Below are positions 27,668 through 38,157 of a DNA stretch of 64,000 bases, piece by piece. A program made the position numbers and the translations under genes. Origin of the DNA: Clostridia bacterium (GTDB lineage Bacteria > Bacillota > Clostridia > CAKSNL01 > HGM11501); the NCBI GenBank assembly GCA_045545475.1, contig JAZQAZ010000015.1, positions 1 through 64,000 on the forward strand. Direction: 5' to 3'. The notes under the pieces are model-generated. The model saw only the letters and a program-made list of their open reading frames with translations, made no database searches and was not told where the DNA came from. The number at the start of each line of letters is the position of its first letter. The stretch's first letter is position 1.

Positions 27668-30370
27668 TCAACCTATATGTGCTGCCGCACTCTTCACGGC
27701 TTCAACATCCGCTTTTCCGTAACGGCTTACAGCGTAAATTCCCGATTCTGACCAAAGCTCAAATCCCATACATTCGGACAGATATGTAAGGGGAATATAG
27801 AAAATTCCGTCATTAGCCACAATAGGTGCCGAAAGTGTAACGGTCTTTCCGTTTACCTTCACCTCGTAAGAACCTAAAGTTGTATAGGTCAGGAGGCGAT
27901 CTGCAAGCTCTCTTCCCTTAAGGTCAAAGGACTGAATTCTTACCGTATTGTCGTTTGCATCATATTCAAACTTTGATTCGCCGTACATAAGTTCCATGAC
28001 CGCATCAGAGGGAACATAGAGTGTTCCGTTCATTTCAAAGGAGGTTACTCTTGTATCGGGCTCGTAAACATTCATCTTACCGCCGGAAATTACCATACGG
28101 TTAGAATTTGCCTTAAATACGCCTACGCCGTAAAGGAGATTTCTCTCGCTTTCGGAAAGTGCAGTCTGCTCTATTTCTGTATAGAGGTAGTTAAAGCGTC
28201 CCATAGGAGCAACGCTGCCCCTTACATAAAGCTCCAAAAATTCATTTGCCGCAATTTCGCCTGCATTGTCAACCCATTTGAATTCAAAGTCAACGGTTTC
28301 TGTTTCGGAAAGCAAGCTCCTCGGAACAGAAAGGGTAAGTGTATCGCCCTTTATGATATAAGAGCAATCGCCGATTGTGCTCCATGCACCGTCAAACTTT
28401 TCAACTTTGCCCTTCTGCCTTCCTATTGCAAAGTCATAGCCTTCCCAGCCTGTTGCACGGTTTCGGTCGATATTTATATAAAGGTGCATAAACTCCGTGC
28501 CTTCTTCTTTTATAGCATCACGGCACTTAACATAGAAATAGAAATTTCCAGCATCTCTTGCAACCTTTGCACCGGAGATGGAGTTTATGATTTTCGTCTC
28601 ATATTTTCCGCCACCGCGTTTTTCTGCATCTCTTTCATACGCATCATAATCGTTGATAAATTCAGGCGCTACATTTGCCCACTGAGCTGCATCGCCGGAT
28701 ACATCGATTGTAACTTCCGCTGATGCTACGGGTGCAGGACGAACGCCCTTATACTTTCTTACGAAGTCGCAAAGCAGGTTATAATAGTCGTCCTTCAAAG
28801 GGCCACGGTTAGGCTCCATATCACGGCTGTTTTCATAGTCGCAGGTATCAACAAAACCATTGGTAAAGCCTGCATATTCCTGCTGACGGCCTGCCGTCCA
28901 TTCGTTCCAGCCGTCCACATAGACGAAGGCAGGATCGGTGTCTAAAATCTGTGAAGCCTGCTCGCGCATAAACGCCGCACTTCTTGCATTGCCCGGAGTG
29001 TAGTCTTCTCCGAAGCCTTCTGTATATCCTCTTCCCTTTGTATAGGGGTCAGATGCAAGACCTGTTGCACCGTAGCCGTAAACATAAGAATGGTTTATGG
29101 CAACGCCAAGAGTCATTGCTTCAACTCTGCCGTCTTCTCTTTCTGCGCCCCATTCGTGGAGAGGATAGTTTTCAAGCCATATCCACGAGGGTTTAGCGGA
29201 ATTTGTCTGTCCTTTTTCACGGCTACCGCCACTTCTGTTTTCAACCATAGCATAGAATTTTCCCACTATATCAGCCTCCGCGGCATCAGTTGAATCCAGA
29301 TACGGCTTTACGGTTGATTCGTAACTACAGATTATAAAGGGCTTTCCCTGCCATTTGAACACAATATCGTGATTTTCTTCATCGGCATAAAGATTAAACC
29401 AAAGAGCCTCTGCCATGTCGGAAACATTCTGCGGACCTCCGAGGTGAGCGCTGATTCCCGGAACCTTGATGCCCGATTCCTTTGCGTCCTTGAATGCTTC
29501 CATAAGTATGCGGAGAGGCTTTATGTATGCCATTGTACCATTGGTGTAGTCAAAGAATATAGCATCAACCCCTACGTTTGCAAGCCACTGGGCGTGCTTT
29601 CTGTATACAAAATAGTCATAGCTTGTGTAAAAGCCTAAAAGCGGCTCACCCCAGTAATAAACTCCGTTTGTGTCCCATACGGGGTCTGAATATACATTTT
29701 TTGCTTCAGGCTTTAATGCATAAATTTCGGGAATTACATAAGGAGTGTCGCTAAGCTGATCATGCCAGTCCCAGTACATTATGCCTACAAAATGGTCTCC
29801 CTCTTTAACGGGACCGGTTTCTTCAAAGTCTGCCACCTTTCGTCCCAAATCGTCCGTTGCTGCCCAGGTATCGGAAAAATTGTCAATTATTGCAGAGTCC
29901 GGCACCGATTTAATTTCTTCTGTCAGAGGAGCCTCCGTTAAAAGCTCGATGCTCTTTAATCTCACATAGCTGCTTATTATGTAGGTGGAAGTAAAATAAA
30001 CATCGTGTGTTCCTTCATCAGGCACGATATCTCCGAAAAACTCCGTTTTTTCATCGTCATTTATTACAACATAGCCTATGGCTTTTGCCTTCGGGCTATC
30101 AAGACGGATTGCAATGGCATCACCGTTTGAGCCATAGGGCATTACACACTTAGCCTCAATTTTCACAGATTTTATTCCGGTTAAATCAACGCCCTTAAAG
30201 CCGATATAGCCGTTTTTGGAAAGTGCAATTCCTTCCGCTGTTACATTTGTCCCACTCTCAGACTTTATGTCGGGCTGAGTGGGATTTAATGCTTTTTCAC
30301 TTGCAAAGCTGACCGTCGCAAAGGATAGCAGCATAGCAAGCGTCAAAAGCAGTGCCGAAATTTTTTTCAT
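27668..30370 (-). CDS. Secreted CBM6-like + GH99/GH71-like TIM-barrel + beta-sandwich + divergent stalk-domain protein (paralog 1)
   Basis: Signal peptide; GVDLTG..IRLDSP..GTHDVYF (CBM6-like); YWGEPLLGFY..KHA..GVDAIFFDYTNG; GWNEW; SRDMEP; NGTLYVP..YIPL tail. Confidence 0.7.
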   Translation of the reverse strand: MKKISALLLTLAMLLSFATVSFASEKALNPTQPDIKSESGTNVTAEGIALSKNGYIGFKGVDLTGIKSVKIEAKCVMPYGSNGDAIAIRLDSPKAKAIGYVVINDDEKTEFFGDIVPDEGTHDVYFTSTYIISSYVRLKSIELLTEAPLTEEIKSVPDSAIIDNFSDTWAATDDLGRKVADFEETGPVKEGDHFVGIMYWDWHDQLSDTPYVIPEIYALKPEAKNVYSDPVWDTNGVYYWGEPLLGFYTSYDYFVYRKHAQWLANVGVDAIFFDYTNGTMAYIKPLRILMEAFKDAKESGIKVPGISAHLGGPQNVSDMAEALWFNLYADEENHDIVFKWQGKPFIICSYESTVKPYLDSTDAAEADIVGKFYAMVENRSGGSREKGQTNSAKPSWIWLENYPLHEWGAEREDGRVEAMTLGVAINHSYVYGYGATGLASDPYTKGRGYTEGFGEDYTPGNARSAAFMREQASQILDTDPAFVYVDGWNEWTAGRQQEYAGFTNGFVDTCDYENSRDMEPNRGPLKDDYYNLLCDFVRKYKGVRPAPVASAEVTIDVSGDAAQWANVAPEFINDYDAYERDAEKRGGGKYETKIINSISGAKVARDAGNFYFYVKCRDAIKEEGTEFMHLYINIDRNRATGWEGYDFAIGRQKGKVEKFDGAWSTIGDCSYIIKGDTLTLSVPRSLLSETETVDFEFKWVDNAGEIAANEFLELYVRGSVAPMGRFNYLYTEIEQTALSESERNLLYGVGVFKANSNRMVISGGKMNVYEPDTRVTSFEMNGTLYVPSDAVMELMYGESKFEYDANDNTVRIQSFDLKGRELADRLLTYTTLGSYEVKVNGKTVTLSAPIVANDGIFYIPLTYLSECMGFELWSESGIYAVSRYGKADVEAVKSAAAHIG

Positions 30371-30389
30371 ATTTTATTCCTCCTTTTTA

Positions 30390-31847
30390 TTACTTCAAAA
30401 GTTCTTTATCAATCTTCCACAAAAGCATATGGTTTGAATCGTGAAAGTTGTTCGGCTTGTTAAACGCCGACCTTACCGCAACTAAAAATCCGCTATCCTC
30501 CGCCAATACCGAAGGGTACTGAAAGCCTGTTGTGCTGACAGGCTCGGTTTCTCTGTTTACAATGTCATAAACAAATTCCCAGTTTTCAAGATCACTTGAT
30601 GAAAATATGGACAAAACATTTCTGAATGCATTGTTGTAAAGCTTTGCCGATACCTCTGTCTTTCTGTTTGTCACGAGATAATATTTATCCTCATATCTTA
30701 TAATCCTGAAAAGAGAATCCATTACGGGCATTTTTACTATCTTTTCAAAATTCAAGGGAGCCTCCGGCTCTTTTTCGTCAATGGAAAACACCAATACTTC
30801 TCCGGGCTTCCATCTCAAATAATTATAAAGCCTTCCGTCAGGGCCTGCTACCACATTGCCTTCGATTCCCTCGCCTCTTTTTGAATCAGTTTCTGTTACT
30901 TCTCCACTTCCGACAGCTTGCCGACTTTCATCCGATGCCTTTTCGCTTTCTTCCTTCCATTTGCCTTCATAGGGGGCAAAGTCTGTACAGTTCCAGTTTT
31001 CGGGACAAAGCAGATCCGCATTTTCGTCTATGGAAATAACAGCCGGATAAAAGTCAGCTCTTCCGTCAAGGTTTCTGCTTTCAAGAAAAGAAGCATATTC
31101 CACCGTTGTATAGAGCCTGCCCTTGTGGTTTATCACCTGCATGGGACCTCTGTGCAATCCTCCGCCATAGGACTTTGCACGACCGCCGTACATTAAAGTA
31201 ACGGGAACAGTCCAGCTTTCGCCCTCATCGTAGGATGCTGAAATATGTAAATTTCCGTTAAGAGTAGTTACTCCCAATATGTATAAAACATCTTTATGAA
31301 CGAAAATTGTGCTCCAGAAAAACTGCGTAAGGTCTGTTACATACTTAAATGTTTTACCATTGTCCGTGGATTTATATATAATGACGAGATTTTCCGTTCC
31401 GTACCACATATGGGTATCCATGGATGCAATTATTGCTCCGCTTTTAAGCCTTGCAATTGAAGGAGATGCAAGATACTGTCCGCTGGGGATATAGTTGTCA
31501 TCTTCGGGATGCAGATAATTTATAACAACAGCACCCTCGGGAATCGCTCCCGTTCTGACCTTTCTTGTCCTGCTCACTTCTCCGTTTTCAGATTTTATAT
31601 AAACCTTTACTTCCGCGTTTTCCGCTATTCCCGAAGCGGAAAAATGCATATCTTTTAAGTCCAAATCCTTAAATTCTTCGTCATTTACCGAATAATACAG
31701 CCTGCAGGGTAAATCCTTTTCGTATAAATAGTCACCGGAAAAGCCGTTTTTTTCAGGAATAAGTCTGCAAATGTAGGGCTTCCCCTCGTCCCCTGCCCTT
31801 GAAATTGGGTAATAGGGTTTGTGGTAAATTTTATTTGTGCATTTCAT
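30390..31847 (-). CDS. BNR/Asp-box beta-propeller, sialidase-like, no signal peptide
   Basis: Asp boxes STDNGKTF, SYDEGESW, SSDLENW; ASPSI and FQYP motifs. Confidence 0.7.
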   Translation of the reverse strand: MKCTNKIYHKPYYPISRAGDEGKPYICRLIPEKNGFSGDYLYEKDLPCRLYYSVNDEEFKDLDLKDMHFSASGIAENAEVKVYIKSENGEVSRTRKVRTGAIPEGAVVINYLHPEDDNYIPSGQYLASPSIARLKSGAIIASMDTHMWYGTENLVIIYKSTDNGKTFKYVTDLTQFFWSTIFVHKDVLYILGVTTLNGNLHISASYDEGESWTVPVTLMYGGRAKSYGGGLHRGPMQVINHKGRLYTTVEYASFLESRNLDGRADFYPAVISIDENADLLCPENWNCTDFAPYEGKWKEESEKASDESRQAVGSGEVTETDSKRGEGIEGNVVAGPDGRLYNYLRWKPGEVLVFSIDEKEPEAPLNFEKIVKMPVMDSLFRIIRYEDKYYLVTNRKTEVSAKLYNNAFRNVLSIFSSSDLENWEFVYDIVNRETEPVSTTGFQYPSVLAEDSGFLVAVRSAFNKPNNFHDSNHMLLWKIDKELLK

Positions 31848-31993
31848 AGCTTAAAGCCTCTCTTTAATCCCAAGTGGGACAAACTTTCCCCGTAGCCGGG
31901 TTCAGCTATCATATTACTATGCTTTAAGTTCTTGGTCAATATTAAAACCGGACATTTCTTTATCAAAACAATACACAATTTTTCCGTCTGTCC

Positions 31994-33397
31994 TTATTTA
32001 ATATATACCTTTTCCGCAAAGGGGCCTATCTGGGTATCCAATCCGGAAAGTTCATTAACCTTTTCACCGTTTATAAAAATATCCTCAAAGAAAATGTTCC
32101 AGGTCTTGTGTTCCTCGTCCTTACCTGAAATAATTACAGGAGGCTTACCAAGTCCTTCATCCACATAGATATTAATATTTTTCAAAGTTACATCGTGGTT
32201 TTTGCCGTAGCGTCCCGTTCCTTCAACTCTCGGGAGAGGATAAATCCAGGCGTGGAAAAGCGGAGGCATATAGCCCGCTTTTCCGGTGTATTCAGCATCA
32301 TCGGAGCTTTGATATTTAGGCTCTAAGCAGTTTTTGTCGTATTCAACACGAATGTCCTCATACAAAATGTGGTGAGCATCTGCAAAAACTCTGTTCTGCA
32401 TACTCATAGCACCGTGCATATTGTGAATCAAGTCCAAATTTTTATAGTGTATGTTTCTTATTTCAGATGCCTGGGTTATTGCACCAAGCTCCAGCGTTCT
32501 TCCCCAGTCGCACCACATAACTGAGTTTTCAACCAGTAGATTTTCCGTTACCTCGTCTTCCCAGTCTTTTCTGCCGTTGGGAACAATGATATCATCAAAG
32601 TTTCTGAAGAAGGAATTTTTAACCGTCATATTTTTGCAGTTTATAAAGTCAATTCCGTCTGCATTGTATCGCCACATACCGATATGGCGTATATCGTTTA
32701 TTTCAATGTTTTCACAGTGGTAAAATGTATGTGTCCAGCAGGCGGAATCCATAAAGGTAATTCCGTCAATTAAAATATTTTTGCTTTCGTAAATTCTCAT
32801 TGCACCGATTGCAAAGTTTCCCTCATCATCCGGGGCAGATTCGGTTTTAGCCGTTCTTTCCTCCCAGGAGCCATCAATTATGCCGTGTCCCACAAAGGCG
32901 ATGTTTTCTGCATTTCTTGCAATGAAGTTTCCGTAAAGGCGTGAGCCCTTATCCACATATACCACAGTGTCGGATTTTATTTCCGTCGTTCCTACATGGT
33001 GCTCGCCCTTGCCGTAGTATAAAAGATTTTTCGCATTTTTATATTTTGAATAGTCCTTTTCGGGGACAATGAAAATGTGAAGTGCGTTATGAAAATCGTC
33101 ACATTCCAGGCTGTAGTGTCCTATCGGAAATGTGGCTTTTATTGTTTTTCCCGAAATTTCGGGAGTGATATTTTTTGAAAGAGGGCGAAAAAGCACCTCT
33201 TTAAAAGACAAAGAAGGTGTGATTTCAAGTGTTACCTCCCCCTTTGCTTCAAGCAGAATAAAGCCCGCTTCCTCCGTCTGATCAATGGGCCGCTGATGCC
33301 CCGGCCAAACGGTGTTAAAGGGGATTTTTGATACCCTGCAAAAGTATACAGGAATATCCTTTTCGCCTGACTTTACCTTATATAAATCGGTAAACAC
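31994..33397 (-). CDS. Right-handed beta-helix glycoside hydrolase (GH28/GH49-like), cytoplasmic
   Basis: GHGIIDGS, NADGIDF, FDDII, VMWCDWG; likely GTG start at 33397 after AAAGGTG (ATG 33415 is the alternative). Confidence 0.7.
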   Translation of the reverse strand: MFTDLYKVKSGEKDIPVYFCRVSKIPFNTVWPGHQRPIDQTEEAGFILLEAKGEVTLEITPSLSFKEVLFRPLSKNITPEISGKTIKATFPIGHYSLECDDFHNALHIFIVPEKDYSKYKNAKNLLYYGKGEHHVGTTEIKSDTVVYVDKGSRLYGNFIARNAENIAFVGHGIIDGSWEERTAKTESAPDDEGNFAIGAMRIYESKNILIDGITFMDSACWTHTFYHCENIEINDIRHIGMWRYNADGIDFINCKNMTVKNSFFRNFDDIIVPNGRKDWEDEVTENLLVENSVMWCDWGRTLELGAITQASEIRNIHYKNLDLIHNMHGAMSMQNRVFADAHHILYEDIRVEYDKNCLEPKYQSSDDAEYTGKAGYMPPLFHAWIYPLPRVEGTGRYGKNHDVTLKNINIYVDEGLGKPPVIISGKDEEHKTWNIFFEDIFINGEKVNELSGLDTQIGPFAEKVYIK

Positions 33398-33428
33398 ACT
33401 ATCACACCTTTTCATATTAATTTTTAAG

Positions 33429-34280
33429 TTAGATCCATTCAAGCCCGGCAACCGATACACTCCCGCCGTTTGGTATTGGCTTATTTTTCCATCCGCAGGT
33501 TGTTATGTAATATTTTCCGTTGTCACAAATAATTTCGGGAGCATGTGCCGTAAGCTTAGTGACAGGAATCGTGCCGCCTTTGCCTCCGTTGTATTCGCCG
33601 AAAAATTCAGGATTTTCCGATGCGAAAACTAATGTATCTGAATATGTGGCATCCGAGCAGTCGGTATAAGTTATAAATAAATAGTAAAGCCCGTCCTTTT
33701 TTACCACAAAAGGAGACTCAAAAGCACCCCAAGCCACTTTAAGCGGTGCATCGTCACCCGAGGTTAATGCATAGCCTGAAAACTCCCAGTTAATCAGGTC
33801 TTCTGATGAAAAGCAGCTTACCGCACCCTTTTTATCCTTTACCCCGACAACATACATAAGATATTTATTTTCAGAAATTTTAATTACAAAATGGTCACGG
33901 TGTGCGCCCATCAAAGGCTCATTGTTAAGATTAACCTTTGTTCCGAACCACTCTGTCATATCAAATGAAACTGCCAAGGATGTGGGTGACGGCCCGTAAA
34001 ACATATAATATATTCCGTCCTTTTCTATGACGGAAGGTGCCCAGGCAAGGGTTCCTTTGTCAATTGAACGGCCCACTTCCCGAAGCTCGCCTTCAAGGCT
34101 TTCGCCCTTTCCGTGAGCAAAATAGCGTTCCGCTCCCGGCGTTCCTTCAAAGCTTGTAATTCCGTATATATGCCACAGCCCGTCGCTGCCCTTTACTATG
34201 GAATGGTCATTCACATAGTTTCCGTGTACTTCTGGCTTAAACAAAACTCGCCATTCACCTGTTATGCAAGGTATTTTCAT
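33429..34280 (-). CDS. Five-bladed beta-propeller glycosidase (GH32/GH43/GH117 superfamily)
   Basis: VNDHS, WAPSV, HRDHFV, FESPFVV, HAPEI acidic motifs. Confidence 0.72.
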   Translation of the reverse strand: MKIPCITGEWRVLFKPEVHGNYVNDHSIVKGSDGLWHIYGITSFEGTPGAERYFAHGKGESLEGELREVGRSIDKGTLAWAPSVIEKDGIYYMFYGPSPTSLAVSFDMTEWFGTKVNLNNEPLMGAHRDHFVIKISENKYLMYVVGVKDKKGAVSCFSSEDLINWEFSGYALTSGDDAPLKVAWGAFESPFVVKKDGLYYLFITYTDCSDATYSDTLVFASENPEFFGEYNGGKGGTIPVTKLTAHAPEIICDNGKYYITTCGWKNKPIPNGGSVSVAGLEWI

Positions 34281-34415
34281 AATGCAAGTCCCCTTTCTTT
34301 TTTTAGTTTATCATACCGCACATCAAAAAGCAAGGTTATTGCTCATAAACATAATGCCATATCCCGGATTTTCAGTCAACGGCAAATTGTTGTCAATGAC
34401 TTGTAAAATGTTTTG

Positions 34416-35183
34416 TCACTTTGAAAGCATCTTCGCGCTGTCCTTGTCTAAATACAGTTTTGCACTTTCATGCTTTCTTAAAATGCTGGCAGGGCATAAA
34501 ATGCTTATTTCGCCCTCCATTGTATTTTTAACAGCCTCAGCCTTTGTAAAGCAGGGTACTATGCAAAACATATGCGATGCAGCCGTTAAAGCAGGAATTG
34601 TTAATGTCAGGGCAAACTTTGGAACATCGTCTATTTTTTCAAAACAGCCGTCATTTACCTGCTGTTTTCTGCAAACCTCATCAAGGTCCACCTTTTTAAC
34701 CAATGCCTTGTCGTTAAAATCGGCAACGTGGGGGTCGTTAAATGCAATATGGCCGTTTTCCCCTATTCCGAGAACCACTATATCAACGGGATTTTTTAAG
34801 AGCAATTTGCTATAACGCTCAATTTCTTTTTCGGGTTCCGTTGCAGAATAATCAATTAAATTTACCGACTTAAAGGGCTTTTTTGAAAATATTTTTTCCA
34901 TAAGGAAATTTGCAAAGCCCTGGGGTGCACCCTTGGGAAGCTCTATATATTCATCCATATGAAAAGCATTGATTTTTTCCCATTCAATGCTGCAGCTTTC
35001 GCAAAGGTGGTAAAGCACATCATTCTGCGACGGTGCCGCCGCAAATATCATATTTACTTCATCCTTGCTTTCAAGGATTTTTTTGATGCATTTTTCAATA
35101 TCTTTGGCTGCGAAATATCCCATTTCATCACGGGTATCGTAAATTTCCGCAGTTAAATTATCATTTTTCAAACTTCTGATCAT
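34416..35183 (-). CDS. Glucosamine-6-phosphate deaminase/isomerase family protein (NagB-like, AAAPSQ subtype)
   Basis: FHMDEY, LGIGENGHIAFNDP, CPASILRKH. Confidence 0.8.
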   Translation of the reverse strand: MIRSLKNDNLTAEIYDTRDEMGYFAAKDIEKCIKKILESKDEVNMIFAAAPSQNDVLYHLCESCSIEWEKINAFHMDEYIELPKGAPQGFANFLMEKIFSKKPFKSVNLIDYSATEPEKEIERYSKLLLKNPVDIVVLGIGENGHIAFNDPHVADFNDKALVKKVDLDEVCRKQQVNDGCFEKIDDVPKFALTLTIPALTAASHMFCIVPCFTKAEAVKNTMEGEISILCPASILRKHESAKLYLDKDSAKMLSK

Positions 35184-35197
35184 AGTAAGACCTCTCT

Positions 35198-37066
35198 TTA
35201 TTCAAAATCATACCATTTATCCGGCACAAAAGCTCTTTCCGCTTTGCCTGTGCAAGGTATCATAATTCCGTATCCGTCGTTATCCTCCCTGAAGCTGTCG
35301 TATCTTGTCATATACAAAAGCTCGGGGTTGATGTTTTCATATTCTCTGATTGGCTGATAAACCAAAGATGCGGCATTTTCCTCCCTCGTTTCAAGGTCCG
35401 AGTAGCGGAATGCCATTCTCATAAGCCTTACGTTGTTTCTTTCGCGGGGCGTTTCTGCTGATAACAACGCCTTTTCGTAGCAGTCATACATATACTCCTT
35501 GTCGATATTCTCCATAAGATAAATTCCGCAACGCGAAATCTGCATCTGTCCGTCCATACACTCCTCTGCCTTTCTGATTGCATCGGCGATGTAGGGCGCA
35601 CCCTTTCCGAATATCTTAGTGAAATGCCAAAGGTTATCCTCCATCGAAAGCTCTACGTTATATGCCGTTCTTCCGAAGGTGTAGAAATTGAAAATATGGT
35701 TCCATATATGAAAGCACTCTATCTGGGTTGTAGCACCTATAATTTCATCTTTTATAAACCCCTTCCATATTGCCTGCACCTCGTCAGCCATAGGAAGATA
35801 GCGCTGTCTTTCTGCGTATATGCCCATATAATAATCGTAATAGCTTACCTCGGCTCCCGTCTTTTTCCAGCTAAGGAGATTTTCGTGGAAGTGGGTGCCG
35901 ATTAATGCAGAACCGTCCTTCTTTCCGATGCGCCTTAGTCCGTTTGCCGCCCAGGTTGCCTCCCAGACATCAACATTTGAGCAAAGCTTTATATTTTCGG
36001 GGCACTCCCATATATCCACATAAATCAAAAGGCTTATCTTAATTTCGGGATACACCTTGCCCACTCTTTTTGCAACCTCGTTTACAAAATAGCAGTAGTT
36101 TTCCGTTTTGCTCTTATCCTTGCACAAAGGACAACAGCACTGTGGAGCCGTTCCGTCGTGAGGCGGAAGGCTTAAGCTTACAAGGTCTTCATTGTAGCTT
36201 AACCACGTTATCACATTTTTGCTGAATTCTTCTATTAATTCAGGATTTTGGTAGCAGAAAATCATCTGTCCCATATGGTCAACGGGATGAAATCTCGTAC
36301 CGTCCTCTTCAAGACGGAAAAACTCAGGGTGGGTTTCATAATATTTTTCCGGGAAATATTTGTTTCCGTCGGCAGGCATAAAGATGTCCGATGCGTCGTG
36401 ATGTCCTACCTCCACCCCTATGCCCCTTTTGCTGAGTTCTTCAATTAATCCCGCATCCTTCATTTTTTCATAGACGCCTGCCCAGGTGCTGAAAAGATTG
36501 TATCTGTTTTTTGAAAGGAAATCGAAAAACTCTGTGTTAAGCTTTCTTAAAGGGTTTCCCGCACAGTCGGAATACTGTACGCAGGCACCTCTTTTAATTG
36601 ATGTTGCGCATTTAACTATATGCTCCTTGTTTTCTATTATAAGCTCGTCCATTTCCGGAACAAATTCCCCCGCATCTACGGAGGGACTTGAATAGGCAGA
36701 AAGAGCGCATCCGCAAAAGATTTCAAGAAAATCATATACAGCATAAATCGTTCCGCGGTTTTTATCCCCTTCGCTGCCTGCAATAAGCAAGGTGTTATCA
36801 TCAAGTGTTTTTACCATTGCACCCTCGGGGCCGGGAACAAGCTTATTGAATATATCCACCGAAATATACTCTTCGGCCGCCATATTCCGGGAAGGCCCGC
36901 CTATTATAAAAGATGTATTTTCTTTATTGTGAGTGCCTGTAATATTTACCTCTGCCATAAGCATAAGCTTAAGATATTTACAAAGCTCTTCTGATGCAAA
37001 AATTTCCCTTTTTGTTGCATTTTGAGAAATAACAATATCAACCTTATCGAATTTACATATTTTCAT
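35198..37066 (-). CDS. DUF4838-family putative glycoside hydrolase
   Basis: N-terminal FASEELCKYL..RGTIYAVYDFLE domain (GH20/GH67 N-terminal-like), HPEFF..QMIFCYQNP, CCCPLC. Confidence 0.65.
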   Translation of the reverse strand: MKICKFDKVDIVISQNATKREIFASEELCKYLKLMLMAEVNITGTHNKENTSFIIGGPSRNMAAEEYISVDIFNKLVPGPEGAMVKTLDDNTLLIAGSEGDKNRGTIYAVYDFLEIFCGCALSAYSSPSVDAGEFVPEMDELIIENKEHIVKCATSIKRGACVQYSDCAGNPLRKLNTEFFDFLSKNRYNLFSTWAGVYEKMKDAGLIEELSKRGIGVEVGHHDASDIFMPADGNKYFPEKYYETHPEFFRLEEDGTRFHPVDHMGQMIFCYQNPELIEEFSKNVITWLSYNEDLVSLSLPPHDGTAPQCCCPLCKDKSKTENYCYFVNEVAKRVGKVYPEIKISLLIYVDIWECPENIKLCSNVDVWEATWAANGLRRIGKKDGSALIGTHFHENLLSWKKTGAEVSYYDYYMGIYAERQRYLPMADEVQAIWKGFIKDEIIGATTQIECFHIWNHIFNFYTFGRTAYNVELSMEDNLWHFTKIFGKGAPYIADAIRKAEECMDGQMQISRCGIYLMENIDKEYMYDCYEKALLSAETPRERNNVRLMRMAFRYSDLETREENAASLVYQPIREYENINPELLYMTRYDSFREDNDGYGIMIPCTGKAERAFVPDKWYDFE

Positions 37067-37068
37067 TC

Positions 37069-38157
37069 TTAAAGCTTCCTCTCAAAGAAATCCATAAATA
37101 CGTTCCAGTCTTCCCTTGACATAAAGTGTCCGCCTTCTCTTACATAAAAGCCAAGGTCACCGTCTATCAAAGCCTCTCCCGCTTTTACCATTTTCCCGTT
37201 ATGGATAAGCCCATTTCTTCCGAGCAATTCATAAACCCTGCTTGCATCCGTAAGGGACAAAAATTCAGAGAAAGGATCCATTCCGTCATCCTCTGTTGCA
37301 CCCGTCACAAAGGCATAGCCTGGCGCCTGACAAGCCATAAGATAATGCATATCATAGGGAAGCTTGACGTGAGGGGTATCTAAAAAGGTCTTGAATTTTT
37401 CGCAGAAGAAGTTATAGCTTCCGATTTTTATAAAATCGGAAATATCCTCACCCTTATGACCGCGGATAACGCCGCATCCTCCGTAGTTGGAATTGTTTCC
37501 GTATGCCATAAAAAATCTGTCATCCTGCGCTCTTGTCCAGAGTGCGGTCTTCCCCAGGCGGGAGTGACCTGCCACGGCAATTCTTTTTGTATTTAAATCA
37601 TCCCTTGTAATAAGATAATCCATAATTCTGCTTGCACCGTATGCCCAGATGCCAACAAGCCCCCACTCTGTTAAAGTGCGGTCTCTGTCCCCTATAAAAT
37701 GACCTGCAAGTCCGCCCTTAAAATCTCCGAATACGCTATCGGGCGTAATATCCTTATAATCAACCGTAACAAGGGCAAAGCCTCTGTCAATTATTTCCTC
37801 TTCGGGAACGGGGTAGCCGGGGCCGAAGCTTAAATACAAAATCACAGGTGGCTTTTCTGCCTTTTCCGGAACGGTTATTTCAACGGGAAAGCTGTACTTT
37901 CCCTTCGGCGTGTCAAACTCTATCATTTTGCACTCGGTTTTAGCCTTTCCGCCAAACATTTTATATCTGTTTTTCTGAATATCTTTCCCGCAGACATTCA
38001 TTGGAGCTTTTGGGGTAAATCCGAACAAATTTAAGGAGAGAATATCAAGTAGTTCTTTTTTCCTTTCTGCCCAGTTTTTCTCTGTTACAGCTTCGCCGTT
38101 ATTCATCAAAAGAATGCCCGGCAGTTTTCTTTTTTCAAGCTCGTCTCTGATATTCAT
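37069..38157 (-). CDS. CE15 glucuronoyl-esterase-like alpha/beta hydrolase
   Basis: WAYGASRIMDYL, GHSRLGKTALW nucleophile motif, LPYDMHYL, GGH. Confidence 0.82.
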   Translation of the reverse strand: MNIRDELEKRKLPGILLMNNGEAVTEKNWAERKKELLDILSLNLFGFTPKAPMNVCGKDIQKNRYKMFGGKAKTECKMIEFDTPKGKYSFPVEITVPEKAEKPPVILYLSFGPGYPVPEEEIIDRGFALVTVDYKDITPDSVFGDFKGGLAGHFIGDRDRTLTEWGLVGIWAYGASRIMDYLITRDDLNTKRIAVAGHSRLGKTALWTRAQDDRFFMAYGNNSNYGGCGVIRGHKGEDISDFIKIGSYNFFCEKFKTFLDTPHVKLPYDMHYLMACQAPGYAFVTGATEDDGMDPFSEFLSLTDASRVYELLGRNGLIHNGKMVKAGEALIDGDLGFYVREGGHFMSREDWNVFMDFFERKL

